Shown in pieces: positions 1 to 13,678 of a stretch of DNA of 64,000 nt. The translations under genes and the position numbers were made by a program. This DNA comes from Ginglymostoma cirratum (Eukaryota), in assembly GCA_024137785.1 (NCBI GenBank), contig JAHRHZ010000283.1:38444876-38508875 (forward strand), in the 5' to 3' direction. Within the stretch, counting starts at the first letter, position 1, and each line of letters starts with the position of its first letter. The notes under the pieces were generated by a model. That model was not told the DNA's origin. It saw nothing but the letters and a program-made list of their open reading frames with translations, and did no database searches.

Positions 1-219
1 GCAGGTGTATAGGGACTGGACGCCCACGGTAAAGATGAGGTGTTGGGGACTGGGGGATTGGAAGTTCTGGAGGAGGTGGAGGGCGTGGGTGGTGTCACAG
101 ACGTAGGTAGGGAGTTCCTGGACCAAGGGGGAAAAAATGGCGTCGAGATAGGCGGAGATAAGTTCGGTGGGGCAGGAGCAGGCGGAGACAATGGGTCGAC
201 CAGGACAGTCAGGTTTGTA
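1..219 (-). mobile_element. Penelope-like element reverse transcriptase fragment (runs off the window start)
   Basis: Minus strand translates KPDCPGRPIVSACSCPTELISAYLDAIFSPLVQELPTYVCDTTHALHLLQNF...LIFTVGVQSLYT, matching the PLE RT motifs (K.P.RPIVS, DV.SLYT). Confidence 0.85.
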
Positions 220-1874
220 AATGTTTTCCAAGTATTCTGTTATCATATCTTTTATAATAGGTTCAAACATTTTTCCTACTACTGATGTTAGGCTAACTGG
301 TCTGTAATTCGGTTTTTTTTCTCATCCTTTTTTGTTTAAATAGTGGGGATAAATTTGCCATCTTCCAGTCTGTAGGAACTACTCCAATGTCTCTAGAATT
401 TTAGAAGGTGACTGCCACTGCATCCATTATTTCCAGGGCAACTCCCTTAAGTATTCTGCGAAGCAAACACCAGACCCTGGGGATATGTTTATCTTTAACC
501 CCAACAATTTTCTGACAATTTTTTTCCTAATACTGATTTTCATCAATTCCTCCCTCTCATTTGATCCTTATCCCTAACACTCCTGAGAAATTAATTGTAT
601 CCTCTTTTGTGAAAACAAAATCAAAATGTGTTCAATTCTTCTGCCATTTCTTTGTTCTTCATTACAATTTTCTCTATTTCTGACTGTAAGGGACCAATGT
701 TTGTCTACACTAATCTTTTTTTCTTCACATATTTGTCGACGATTTTACACTCAGCTCTTTATGTTCCCTGCAAGCTTAATTTCATAGTTTATTTTTGCTC
801 CTTTCATCAATTTTTTTTTTCCCGTTTTGCTGAATTCTAAGCTGTTCCCATTCCTCAGGCTTGCTGTATTTTCTAGCAATTTTATACGTCTGCTCTTTAG
901 ATTTAATACTTCATTCTAGTATCTAATGAAGAATTAATTGTTGTAATTCATATGCACATTCCTTAAATATTAATCATTCCCTTTCCACTGCCAACTCTTT
1001 TAGTAAGGTTCCTCAATCCATCATTACCAACTCACACCTCATATATCTTTGTAGTTCACTTTATTTCAATTCAGGATCCAAGTTTCGCATTCAACTTCTT
1101 CACTCTCCATCTTAATGAGCAATTATATAATTTTTTTGTTGCTCTTCCCCTATGGGCCCCACATAAAATTGTTAATTCATTCGTCCTTTATCATTGCAAT
1201 ATAATAGCCTAGGATAGCTCGTTCACCAGTTGGTTCATATATGTTACAGTTGCACTCTCATCGCATATATCTCTAATCTCCTGTTTAATCCGTTGCCTTA
1301 CATCTCTGCTACTGTTTGGGGCCTTTAGACAAACCCCAACATTGTTTTCTGCCCATTGGTTTTTCTTATCTCGATCCATTCAAAATCCACATCATAATTT
1401 TCAGACCTAACATCCTTCCTTATTATTGCTTTCATATTCCTTTACTAACAATGCTACTTCACCTCCTTTCCCTATTTGTCTGTCCTTCCTAAATGTTGAA
1501 TATCTTTGGATGGTCAGTTCCTATACCTGGTCACCTGTAGCCATGTCTCTGTAACTGTAGGAAATCATAACTATGCATCTCTATTTGAGCTATTAATTGT
1601 CCACCTTATTGCGATGCTCTGCACATTATGACACAATGCCTTGAGACATGTCTCTAATCTTGTTATTGTCTGTTTAGCTTTATTTTGCACTATGGGCCCC
1701 ATTTATCTTTTTTGCTCATTTCTACTCTGTTCCACTTTTGCTTCTTACTTTTCTGTCTCTCATTCTTACCTTTGTTTCCCCCTTCTCTGTCTCCCTGCTC
1801 AGATTCTGACCCCTGCCATTCTAGTTTAAACCATCCAACAGGACTAGCAAACAGCCCACCAAGGTCATTGGTCT

Positions 1875-1914
1875 CAGTTCTGAGGAAGGGTCACCAGACC
1901 CGAAACGTTAACTC
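1875..1914 (+). ncRNA. Minimal type I hammerhead ribozyme motif
   Basis: CTGAGGA (1880-1886), perfect stem II GGGTC-acca-GACCC (1888-1901), GAAA (1902-1905), palindromic ACGT helix III, GUU triplet, and stem I AGTT/AACT. Activity untested. Confidence 0.7.
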
Positions 1915-1977
1915 TGATTTTTCCTTTACAGATGCTGAGAGACCTGCTGAGCTTTTCTAGCAACTTCTGTTTTTGTT
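1879..1977 (+). mobile_element. Short Penelope pseudo-LTR insertion carrying a hammerhead motif
   Basis: Flanked by a 15-bp TSD with 2 mismatches (gtcattggtctcagt 1864-1878 / gtcattagtcccagt 1978-1992). Body (cagatgctg...acctgctgagcttttctagcaacttctgtttttgtt) resembles other PLE tails in the window. Confidence 0.8.
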
Positions 1978-3716
1978 GTCATTAGTCCCAGTCCTGCCTA
2001 GATGTAATTCATCCTGTTTGTACTGTTGTCCCATCTTCCACAGAACCAATCCCAATGTCACAGGAATCTGAATTGATCCCCCCTACACTATTTCTTCAGT
2101 CACATATTCATTTGATATGTCCTGTTAATTCTATGCTTGCTAGCGCATGGCACTGGATTACTACCTTTGAGGTTCTATGTTACAAGATATGTCCTAACTC
2201 CCCATAGTCAGCCTATAGGACTTCATCTTTTTTTAAACCTGTGCCATTCACACCGAAATGGCTGTTCACCCTACCCCTTCAAAATGTCTTACAACCTCTT
2301 CGAGACATCCCAGGCCCTGGCATCAGGGAGGCAACATACCCACACTCAGATCAATATACTTTGCAGATACACCCATATAACTCCACCAAGGCATCTATTC
2401 AAATCCCCATCTGCCCAGTCACCCTTTATCCCTATATGCCCACCCATATACTAATGTCATCTCACACCCTTTTTTTTTATATCATTCTTTACAAATGTCA
2501 CCACGCAGTCCTCAGCAGATTCCATTTCTCATTCTCACAACTCACATCATTCTCTACTGACATCAAGGAGAGACAGAGAACAATGTGAGGGCAAGGGTGC
2601 TTCCATCATAGCCACGTGATTATTCCATAACATACTACAGCTAAATCTCAGCATGCCTAGTATTAGTCATGAAGGGATAGGGGGTTTCCAAACTTCCTGG
2701 TGATCAAATTAGATGTCATACAGTCACATAGCTCATTTTCAAGTGATATTAATAGGCAATGATAATCTGCGCAAACAGGCACATGAACCCTTTCACCTTT
2801 CAGTTCTAGTTGAGATATTTCATCTCCCTCTGGTCCTGAGAGTGCCACTCAGGAGGAAAGCTGCTCAGAAGAGATCAGGCAATCTGTGGAAGCACCACTA
2901 AATGAATAATGTGCACTCACTTGCAGCTCAGGCAAAGACACCTCAATAGGATCACTTAAAACAGGTAGCTGAAATGTCATGGTGACTCACACATCACAAG
3001 TGAGCAGAAGGAGATGGTGAAGATGAGGACAGCAGTCGAAAGTTCTGCTCAGCTGGATGGAGTTACAGAATTTTTATCTGCCAGTTTTATCTGAAAACCA
3101 ACGCACAACTAGAGAAATTTATTTTTACCATGAATCCAAGGCCTTTACACTGAGGTCCACTGCAAGGAACATCAGAAGCAACAGGCAACTGTGTATATTC
3201 TAATCCTCACCAATGACCTGATTAGAGTCTGCTAGTTTAAATACAACAGAGGAAGTTCTCGCTTTGGCCTTCCAGTATCTCACTGCAACAAGTGTTCACC
3301 AACTTTTAGATAGCTGGCAGTATTATGGATCAGGTGAGGGAAGATACAAAATGGTGACATGCAAGTTAGGACTCTGCTCAAAATGTTCTCCTTTCACTCC
3401 TTTTTCTCCCTGGTCAGAGTCCCAAATGCTGCCTCAGTCCTGATGACAGAGTTGCCTTCTGTCATTGTCAGTGTTATCTGGGTAATAGAGCCAATATCAT
3501 ATATAGATTAGATTTATTTCACATTGTCATTTATATTTAGACACAGTGAGAAGTGTATAATGTCAGCATGTTCTGCCGCCATCCTGGAGTACAGAATAAA
3601 TTACTGAATAAATTGTACATATGGTAAAATACTGAATAAATTAATATTAAATTGATACTACTAAAATTGAAACAGCTTCAAAAGTTCATCTTTCCGTCTC
3701 CATAGATTTCACCTTC

Positions 3717-3780
3717 TCTGCTCATCCAGTTGCCACCATCCAAAATCATCTGCTCATCCAGTTGCCACCATCCGAAATCA
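3717..3780. repeat. 32-bp tandem duplication
   Basis: tctgctcatccagttgccaccatcc(a/g)aaatca occurs twice with one mismatch. Confidence 0.9.
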
Positions 3781-5009
3781 TCCCCAGGGTACTGGCAATG
3801 TGATCCTTTTCTGCTGCCACCAGCACCTTCGCTTCTGCATCCACTGCCTCTGAGCTGGAGATGGTCACACTTCACAGAACCCACATCTCCACTGACACTG
3901 GATATTGACCGATGAGTCCTGGCTCCAAGTCGATCAAAGGGGTCCTGGCTCGTCTTCCAATGCCACCACCCAAAATGGAGCAGGGATGGAGATACACAGG
4001 GCCTGGGCTCCCAGAGGAGGACATCAGGAGAAGGCCCCAAGGCAACCAAGACCTAAGAAAAATGTGACCAAGCTACCAAGCTGGAAAGGCAACAATGAAG
4101 CTCATATAGATGCAGCCAGACCCAACGCGTGAGACCATGAGTGGTTTGCATATTGTTGTTGTTGTTCTCTATTCAATGAGCATCTAAGAAGGGCTTCATG
4201 TAGCTTTCCTTTAGTTTTGCTGGTGGCATCCACAGAGAAGTAGTAGGACAAAGAGCTCAGTTTCACAAGGGAAATCATTTGGATATTAAAAACTGTGTTA
4301 AAATGATCATTTTTCAAATTTCCAGCATCGGCAGTATTTTACTATAAATTACTGAATATTGGAAACAAAATAAGACAGAAGCATAATTTATATGTGAGAT
4401 AGAACAATTTTAAAGTTTACAGATTACACAAAACTTTAAATGTAATGACAAAGGATAGTAGTAAAACTCCGAGAGGACATAAATAGGAGAAATAGGTACA
4501 CACAGCAGATAAATGTAACGTGAAGTTGCATATTTTGTGAAGGAAGAGTTGAAGTGCTAACTAAGTGGTACAATTGTAAATGAGGTATAAGAATAAATAG
4601 AGCTGAGGGGTTCAGAAATTTGTGAAGGTGGCAGCATAACCTAATAAACTTGTTAGAAAGTAAATCATGGGTTATAAACGGAAGCACTATACAACAGCAA
4701 AAATGTTTTGCTACACCTTCATAATTTTTGGTTTGGCCTCAGAACATGGAATCCAATGTCAGACCTCATATTTTTATAAAGGATATCAAGCCCTTACAGA
4801 GGGTGTGGAGAAGAATTAACAGAATAATTCTAGACAAGGTTAAGCAGAAATCTATTCAATTTGTTCAAAATTAACAAGAATTTTATTGTGTAACAATGGG
4901 AAACTGTTTTGACTGATGGATAGGTTGATAGCTAGAGGACATCGACTTAACTTGCAATAGGACCAGAGGGAAGACAGAAAGATTTTTTTGATGGGATGAT
5001 ATTTAATAG

Positions 5010-5730
5010 TTATAGGGTTTTGTAGCACAGAAAGAGGCCTTTTGGTCCATTGCGTAAAGCACCTCTCAATTCTAGTCTTATATTACAGCACAAGGTTATG
5101 GGCCAAGTATGCTATGGTGCTTCTAGTGATCATCTAAACACTTCTTAAATGTAATGATAGTTCCTGCCTCCACCACTCTTTCAGATAGTGGGTTCCAGAT
5201 ACCAACCACTGCCAAAATGTTTCCTTAATTCTCTTTTAAACCACCTTGCCTTTTACCTTAAATCTACACCCCCTGGTTATTCGTTAAGGGAAAAAATTTC
5301 TTTCTATCCTATCTATGCTGCTCACAATTTTGTGCACCTCATTCAGTCTCCCTGCTTTAGCCTGCTCTTGTCTAAGGAAGTCTTACCAGACTATCCAGTG
5401 TCTCTTCTTAGCTGAAATGCTCTAACTTAGGTGAATCTCCTTTGCACACTGTCTAGTGCAATTGCATCCTTCTTATAGTCTGGTGACCAGAATTGCATAG
5501 TACTCCAGCTGTGGCCTAACTTAACATCTTGTACAGCTCCATCATAACCTCCCAGTTCTTATATTCAATGCAAGTAAAAATTACAGGTAGTCCACATGCC
5601 TAACTAACCACCTTACTCACTTGTCCTGTTGCCTTCAAGGTTCTTTGGACATGCACAATAAGGTCCCTGTAATCCTCCGTACTTCCTATTCATCATGTAT
5701 TCCCTTGCCTTGTTGGCACTCCCAAAACTT
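5010..5730 (-). mobile_element. CR1 LINE 3' end fragment
   Basis: Similar to CR1 3' ends at 10530-11300 and 22895-23640 (ggtgaccagaattgcatagtactccagctgtggcctaac block). Confidence 0.7.
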
Positions 5731-5894
5731 AATGGTTGGACAGACTGGCCACTGATTATGCTGACTACCCTAAATAAAATAAATTAGATATGCACTTGAA
5801 ACAAAAATATTTTCAGGGCAACTGAGAGAGCAAGAAGTCAGAAGATCTGGCCATGTCCTCTTTTCACTCCAGTTTTCTTAAAAAAAAACCTCAG

Positions 5895-7230
5895 GAAATG
5901 TGGGCTTTGCTAGTTGAACCAGCATTTACTACCTACTCATAACCGTCCTTGAGAAGGTAGTGGTGAGCTACCTTCTCCAACCACTGAAGTCCATTTGATG
6001 CAGGCAAATCTACAGTGCTGTTAGGGAGAGAATTCCACAACAGCAATGCATTTCCAAGTCAGGATGGTGAGTGGCTTGGAGAAGAAGTTGCAGGTGGTGG
6101 CATTCTCTTGTATCTGTTGCCCTTGTCCTTCTAGATGGTAATGGATGGCAGTTTTGAAGGTGCTGTCAGTAGAGCCATAGTGAATTTTTTGTAGATGGTA
6201 CACATTGTTGCTGCTATGCATCACTTATGCACAAAGGGAATGCTTATAGGTGTGGTGCAAATAAAGTAGGCTGTTTTGCCCTGGATGGTGTCAAGCTTCC
6301 AGTGTTGTTCGGGTTGCATTCATCTCAGCAAGTGTGTAGTATTCCATTACATTCCTATCTTGTGCCTTGCAAATGATGGAGGGGTTTTGGGGAGTTAGGA
6401 GGTGCATGCTCATAGCAAAATTCCGAATCTCCATTCTGTTCTTGTAGGCACAGCATTTATATGGCCAGTCTGGTTCAGTTTCTGGTCAACAGTAAGCTCC
6501 AGAATATTGATAATGGAAGATTCGGTCAGGGTAATACCACTGAATATCAAAGGATGATGGTTAGATTCTCTCATGTAGGAGGTGCTCATTGTCTGACACT
6601 TAAGAAGCTAGTAACATTCGCACCACCTATCAGTCAAAGCCTGGAATTTGTCCAGGTCTTGTTGCACATGGGAGTGGAATGCTTCAGTATCTAAGGAGTT
6701 GTAAATTATGTTGAACATTTTTCAATCATCAATAAACATACCTACTTCCAGCCTTATGATAGAAAGAAGAATGGATGAAGCTATCCTGAGTAACACGTGC
6801 AGAGAAGTTCTGGAGCTGAGATGACTAACCTCAACAACCACTACCATTTTTCTTTGTGCCTGGTACGGCACCAATAAGCAGAGATTTTTCTCTGTGATTC
6901 CCACAGACTATTTCTGCCAAGGCTCCTCGATTCTATCAAATGCTGCCTTGATGCCAGGGTCAATCACTCTCACCTTTCCTCTGGGGTTCAGTTCTTTTGT
7001 CTCTGAATCAAGGTTGTAATGGGATCAGGTGCTGAAGATCCTGGAATCCAAGTGAACGTCCAAGTAAGCTCATTTTGCTAAGTGCTAGACAGCACTGTTG
7101 ATGACACTTTCCATTACATTCCTGATAATCAACAGTAGACTGATGAGGCAGTAATTGGCCTGTTTAGTTTGCATGAGATATATGTGAGCAAACTTCCGTA
7201 TTGCCACCTTGATGTCAGTGATGTACTGTT
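5895..7230 (-). mobile_element. CR1-clade LINE 3' portion (family whose tail is shared with the Deu-type SINEs)
   Basis: Tail ccagcattta...ccttgagaaggtagtggtgagc and RT remnants are homologous to 30790-33590, 50180-51850 and 62985-64000. Confidence 0.7.
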
Positions 7231-8049
7231 TTGTGGCATCAAATTTCATTGCATTTTAATGAAACCACGTAGCCCATCATGAAATAGTAAATAAAATTGG
7301 ACAAACCCTTGTAGAATGTCTTATGCTCCCCTTTCCAATCTGGAAATATCTTTCTTTGTGCTACATTCATCTATACCCATGCAGTTGAACTGTCTTTAAT
7401 TCCATCTGCCACTGTGCTTGCTTTGTTTTGGAGATTGCATCAAATGTTTTTAGAATATTCATACAAACCACACTCCAGCTGACCTAAGAACTAACATAAA
7501 GGAAAGTGAAGGAAGAAACCAAGGCTAAAAGAAAGTCTGAGAGTGGACTTATATAACATTGAGAGGAACAATCCAGGAAAATAAACAAGCCCAAGAGCTT
7601 TCCTTATTATTTGTTCTTGGGACATGTGCCTTGCTAGTTAGGGCAGTATTTATTGCCCTGGAGGGAAGAAATAATAAGCTGCCTTCTTGAATTGCTGTAG
7701 TCCTTAGGGTGTAGGGACACCCACAGCACTGTTAGGAAAGAGGTGCTAGATTTGACTTCTGGACGAACAGAGCTGAAGATAAAATAAGGCAAGAGGATGT
7801 CTACAGTAAGCAAGAGGAGCAATGAGTAGTGAAGTTGCGGCTTCAAAATCAACAGAATAAAATGAAGGAATAGCATCACAGGATAACAGGTAGAAAAGAT
7901 TGACTGGTGAGCACTTCAGTTTTAATTTTGCTCTTTGTCTAGGGTAGTATGTCATGAATTTGTCACTTAAACTTAAATTAGTATACTAGTTAAATCAATT
8001 GTTATATAGAAGTAATTAATCAACTGATTAATAACTTTAACTAACTAAA

Positions 8050-10530
8050 TGAGTAAACAATATAAATTGACATAGTAGAGAGGTGGTGTGTTGTAACTTC
8101 AGTAAGTGGACATTTCAGAGCAGTATTCTGGCCCCAGATAACCATTTCTGTGGTGTGTGTGGCTCAAAAGGATTTCACCTTTCACCAAGCTGCACACATT
8201 GTGCGGTACCAGAAAGGGAAAATGTTATCTGAACATCTTGTTCAGGTAAGGTAGTCACAATCCTGAAGCAGTACTTTTAGAGTTGTCAGTGGTCAGGGAG
8301 GCTGTGGACTGGAGTAAGTCCAAGAGACCAGGTTCCCACTGATGGACCCAGAATCAATGGAATTCTTGCAATGGTCAACGAGTTAGGAAAAGTGATTTTG
8401 GGGCCAATTTGATTACTTGGGCACTTTTGCTAATCTCAGTGGAAATGCTGCCTGTGATCACTTCCCTCAGCTACTCACGTGTCTAACATTGGTCCATTAA
8501 AATGAAGGCTGAATTAATCTAATCACACTTAAGAAAACATGACTGTTTTCTAAATTTCCAAGTGCTGCTGTTCTGTATCATTTTTGTGCTACCTTAAGTT
8601 TCACACAACTCAATGTCAAAGAGGTCATGGCGTACTGAGCTGAGATGACAAAAGAATGTAACTGACAGCTTACTCACATTCTGAACTGTACCACTCAGAC
8701 TGTTCCATTGTAAACTCCTTGTGAAAGGCAGCTGCTAAATGACTGATGGCTGTGAAGCCCTGTCATCACTCACTTAATTGCAAAGGTATGTTTAATCCTG
8801 TTCAACAGCATCCAAGTTATCTCAATCAGCTTCCTGCTGTATTGATGTTTTGCTGCCTTCGAACTAGCTTAGACTAGCTGTCATTTCCCATACGGGAAAA
8901 TCCTCCACCTTGTTCCTGCCTGATTCTAAGGCCATCCCCATCACAAAACCTACTTCAGCGAGTTTGCAATGAAGTCCACGCTGTGAATCAGACCAGTATG
9001 GAGATGCAGGGCCCATGATAGAAGAGCTTTGACACTTGCCTTTGTCCAACATGTATGAGGTCTTGTTGCCTATGCAGATGAACCAACTGACTATAGCAAC
9101 CAGGGTGCAGGAGCCTATTCAACTAAGGAAAGTGAAAATGATGTTGGGGAATGCATACTGTTCTCTGCAGCCAAGACCAGGAGTTCAAAAGGTTGTGATG
9201 CTTATCTGGTGACTAAGTTTGGGTCATATCTTTGTAGATAGAGAAGGACTTGAAAGTGAGAAGGGAAGAACCCAGTTGCCGTGATGCATGTAGGAATCAA
9301 CTACAGAGATGGAACTAAGAATCAAGTTCTGCTGGGGGAATTTGAACAGCTGAGATCTAAATTAATAAGCAGAACCTGAAAGCTACTTAGCCTCTGGATT
9401 ATTGCCTCAGCCACAGGGAAATGACATAAGGTCAAGCGTTTCAGAGAATTAAACACACAGCTCATAACATAGTGTAGTAATAATGACTTTGATTCATCAG
9501 CATTGGCACATCATTACCAAGGAAAGAGAGCAGCTTTGCTGGCATTGACTCCACTTAAACCAAGTTAGGATCAGAGCAGAGCAGTGTAGCACATGGACTT
9601 GGGTAAAAATAAATAGTGAGAAAACTGGAGCCAAGTTTAACAGCAATAATGCATCAAAGCATCAAGCCCTTGTAAAAGTAAAATGGCTTAAAAATAGTAA
9701 AGGCCTTTATTTGATTCACACAGCAATTATAATAGATAGATGAACAAGTTGCACAAAAAGAGATAAATGATTTAGATTAATTACCATTTCAAAGACGGTT
9801 ACACGTTGAGAAATAAACGTTTCATGGTTCACAATATTTCAAAAGACAGGAAGAATGGAAAAGGAGGCATAGCCCTGAATAGAAGATGACAGTCAGGTAA
9901 AGAGGAAACCTTGGCTTAGAACAGCCAAGAAGTAGAATCAAATTAGGTGCATATTATGAATAGCAAAGGTCAGAAAAGGCTGAAGTAATGGATCCTTACA
10001 TCGTCATACTGTTGAACAGAACATTAAGTCCATCAGAAACGGAACAGAAGTTAGTCACATAGCTCCTTGAACTTGCTCTACCATTCAATAAGATCACGGC
10101 TATTATGACATTCCTGACGCCCACTTTCCTGTTTTTTCACCTTTACGCTTGATTCCTCAACTGATTAAGAATCTATCTCAGCCTTAAATGTACACAAGGA
10201 CTTCACCCCGACAGTTTTCTGTGGCAAACAGTTTCAGAGACTCACAATCCTCTGAGAGATTAGAAATTCTTCCTCATCTGAGTCATAAATTGGCACCCCT
10301 TAATTCTAAAACATTGCCTTCCGGTATTATAGATTCTTCTAGGAGGGGAAACATCCTCTCAGTATACACCCTGTCAAGCCCCTTAAGAATCCTATGTTTC
10401 AATGAGATCTTTGAATTAAGCAAGAAACTTAGTAACAAAGGCAAGGCAATTATAATAGAACACTTTACACGTCATAAAGACTCATCAAATGAAATTGGCA
10501 AAGGTAATCTGGAACAGGTGTTCATGGAAC
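8050..10530 (+). mobile_element. Fragmented CR1 LINE 5' region (ORF1 zinc-finger/esterase and ORF2 endonuclease remnants) with nested inserts
   Basis: 9180-9560 resembles CR1 ORF1 esterase-like coding and 9700-10020 the endonuclease start; interrupted by a minus-strand CR1 3' end (about 10030-10400). Heavily decayed. Confidence 0.5.
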
Positions 10531-13440
10531 GTCATTAAATTATACAGCACGGAAATAAACTCTTCAGTCCAACTCATCTGTGCTGACCAGATATTCTAAA
10601 CTGATTTAGTCCCATATGCCAGCATTTGGCCCACATCCCTCTAAACCCTTCCTATTCATGTACCTTTCCAGATGCCTGATAAAATGTTGTAATTGTACCC
10701 ACTTCCACCACTTCCTCTGGCAGCTCGTCCCATACACACATCACCCTCTGCATGAAAACATTGTCCCTGAGGTCCCTTTTAAATCTTTCCCCTCTCACCT
10801 TAAACCTATGCCCTCTAACTTTAGACTCCCTTACCCTGGGATAAAGACCTATCCATGCCCTTCATGATTTTATAAACTTCTACACGGTCACTCCTCAGCC
10901 TCCGACGCTCCAGGGGAAAAAGGCCCAGCCTATTCGGCTTCTTCACATACCTCAAACTCTCCAATCCCAGCAACATTGTTGTAAATCTTTTCTGAACCCT
11001 CTCAAGTTTAAAAAACATCTTTCCTATAGCAGGGAGACCATAATTGAACACAGTATTCTAAAAATGGCCTAGACAATGTCCTGTACAGCCACAACATGAC
11101 CTCCCAACTTCTACATTCAATGCTCTGACAAATGAAGGCAAGCATGCCAAAGATCTTCACCACCCTGTATACCTGCGACTCCACTTTCAAGGAACTATAC
11201 ACCTGCACCCAAAGGTCTCTTTATTCACCAACACTCCCCAGGGTCCTACCATTAACCGTATATGTCCTGCCTGGTTTGCCTTACCGAAATGCAACACCTC
11301 AGATTTATCTAAATTAAACTGCCACTCCTCAGCCCATTGGCCCATCTGATCAAGGTGCCATTGTATTGTTCTATTGTTGCCATTGTGTTGTATTCTGAAA
11401 TAACCGTCTTCGCTGTCCCCTACAGCACCAATTTTGATGTCATCTGCAAACTTACTAACTATACCTCCTATTTTCACATCCAAGTCATTTATACAAATGA
11501 AAAGCAGTGGACCTAGTATTGATCCTTGTAGCACACCACTAGTGATAGACCTCCAGTTTGAAAAACAACCCTCTACCACCACCCTCTGTCTCTTGCCTTC
11601 AAGCCAATTTTGTATCCAATTGGCTAGCTTCCCCGGGATTGATAACCAGTCTATCATGTGGAACCTTGTCAAACGCCTTGCTTAAGTCCATATAGACAAT
11701 GTCTACTGCTCTTTCTTCATCAATCTCCTTTGTCACCTCTTCAAAAAACTCAATCAATTTAATGAAACACCATTTCCCGTGCACAAAGCCATGTTGGCTA
11801 TCCCTAATCGGTCCTCGCCCTCCCAAATGCATTTAATTCCTGTCCCGCAAAATGCCCTCCAAGAACTTAACCACCACTGATGTAAGATTCACCGGTCTAT
11901 TGTTCTTTGGCTTCACCTTACAACCTTTCTTAAATAATGGCATCATATTAAGCACCCTCCAGTCTTCTGGCACCTTACCCGCAGCTGTCAATGATACAAA
12001 TATCTTAGCAAGGGGCTCAACAATCTCCTCTCTTTCCAAAATGGTCTGGGATACACCCTGATCAGGTCTCAGGATTTATTTACCTTCAAGCTTTTTAATA
12101 CCTCCAGCACCACCTCTTCTGTAATATGGACACTTTTCAAGACATCACTATTTACTTCCCTACGTTCCTTAGCTTCCATGTCCTTCTCAACAGCAAATAT
12201 TGATGCAAAATATTCATTCAGCATTTCACCCATCTCCTGTGGTTCCACATATAGACGACCTCATTGATCTTTAAGGGGTCTTATTCTCTCCCCAGTCACT
12301 CTTTTGCCTTTAATGTATTTGGACAAACTTTGTGGATTCTTCTTAACTATATCTGCCAAAGCTATCTTATGTTCTCTTTTTGCCCTCTCAATTTCCCTCT
12401 TAAGTATACACCTGCTGACCTCATACTCCGCCAAGGATTCACCCAATCCCAGCTGTCTATACCTGACATATGCCTCTTCCTATTTCTTTGCAAAGCCACA
12501 ATTATTCTCGTCATCCAGGGTTCCCTTCACCTATCAGCCTTACCCTTCAGCAGCAGGAATATACTGCCTCTGAACTCTTGTTATCTCATTTTTGAAGGAC
12601 TCCAACTTTCCAACCATCCCTTTACCTGTGTACAGCACCCTCCGGTCAACTTTTGAGAGTTCCTTCCTAATACTGTCTTACTCCAATTTAGAACTTTAAC
12701 TTTTAAGTCAGATATATTCTTTTCCATAACTATTTTAAAACTAATAGAATTATGATCACTTGTCCCAAAGTCACCTCAGTCACTTGCCCTGCCTTATTTC
12801 CAAAGAGAAGGTCACCTCCTTCTCCAGTAGGCACATCCACTTATTGAATACTCATCATAAATTCCTCTCCATCCAAGCCCTTAACACAATGGCAGTCCCA
12901 GTTTGTGTCTGGAAAGTTAAAATCCCCTACCATTACAACCTTTTTATTCTTACAGATATTAGAGACTTTACATATTTGTTTCTCAATTTCTTGCTGACTT
13001 TTGGCTGAGGCGGGGTGGGGGGACTACAGCACAATTCCAATAAAGGTGATCATCCCTTTGTCATTTCTCAGTTCCATCCATATAACTTGATTGCACATTC
13101 TCCCAGGAATATCCTCCCCACGGACAACCGTAATATTATCCCTAGCCAAAAAACATCAATCCCCCTCCTCTCTTGCCTCCCCTCCCTTTTCTATCCTTCC
13201 TATGGCATCTATATCCCAGAATGTTAAGCTGCCAGTCCTGCCCCACCCTGATCCACATTATTGTAATAGCTATGATATCACAGGCCTATGTTCCCAACCA
13301 TGCCCGAAGTTCATCTGCCTTACCAAGCATCTCGCATTGAAATAAATGCAGTTTAATTTATCAGGCTTACCTCATTCTCTGCCTTGACTATTTAACTTCC
13401 TTTCTTATCTATTGTACTAGCGTCAGACTTATCTCTTTTA
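10530..13440 (-). mobile_element. CR1/HER1-type LINE, nearly complete ORF2 (endonuclease-RT) pseudogene plus 3' UTR
   Basis: ORF fragments give VPEDWR...PLFKKG...RPVNLTSVV, SQHGFVHGKWC...YMDLSKAFDKVPH, SGVLQGSILGPLLF...KFADD, LYRTLSRPFLEYCVQLWSP and LERVQKRFT; frameshifted. Confidence 0.93.
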
Positions 13441-13445
13441 CTCAC

Positions 13446-13678
13446 TGAAATTACTCATCAAAGGCCAGCATGCCATAATGAAGCCATGCTTTACTTACAC
13501 GTTCACAGTACTGACAGTGATCCAGCTAGACCAGAGCTGGCTACGAGTGAATATAACCCCTAACATTCCTGCTTTTATCTATCAGCCAGGACTCCCCAAT
13601 TGGATCAGGTTAACAAACCCAATTAGAGAATTCACATTCGATGAGATCCATCAGGCTGACCTTGTTCCAATCACTACA
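13446..13678 (-). repeat. Gypsy 3' LTR
   Basis: TG...CA termini, immediately preceded on the minus strand by the polypurine tract; alignable to 17335-17604. Confidence 0.85.

Larger units (their letters stand above)
220..2340 (-). mobile_element. Decayed CR1-clade LINE (ORF2 N-terminal half and ORF1 remnant), interrupted by a mini-PLE
   Basis: Sequence parallels the better-preserved CR1 at 10530-13440; many stops and frameshifts. Ends approximate. Confidence 0.65.

Noticed and set aside
3717-3780. CRISPR-like direct repeats
   Set aside because: Two adjacent 32-bp units with no spacer, in vertebrate DNA with no cas genes; a simple tandem duplication.
2450-4200. Possible host exons or Harbinger Myb-gene remnant (ORFs 2663-2848, 3678-4049, 3905-4132)
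   Set aside because: No diagnostic motif or convincing splice pair; resembles decayed Harbinger-type DNA but too weak to call.
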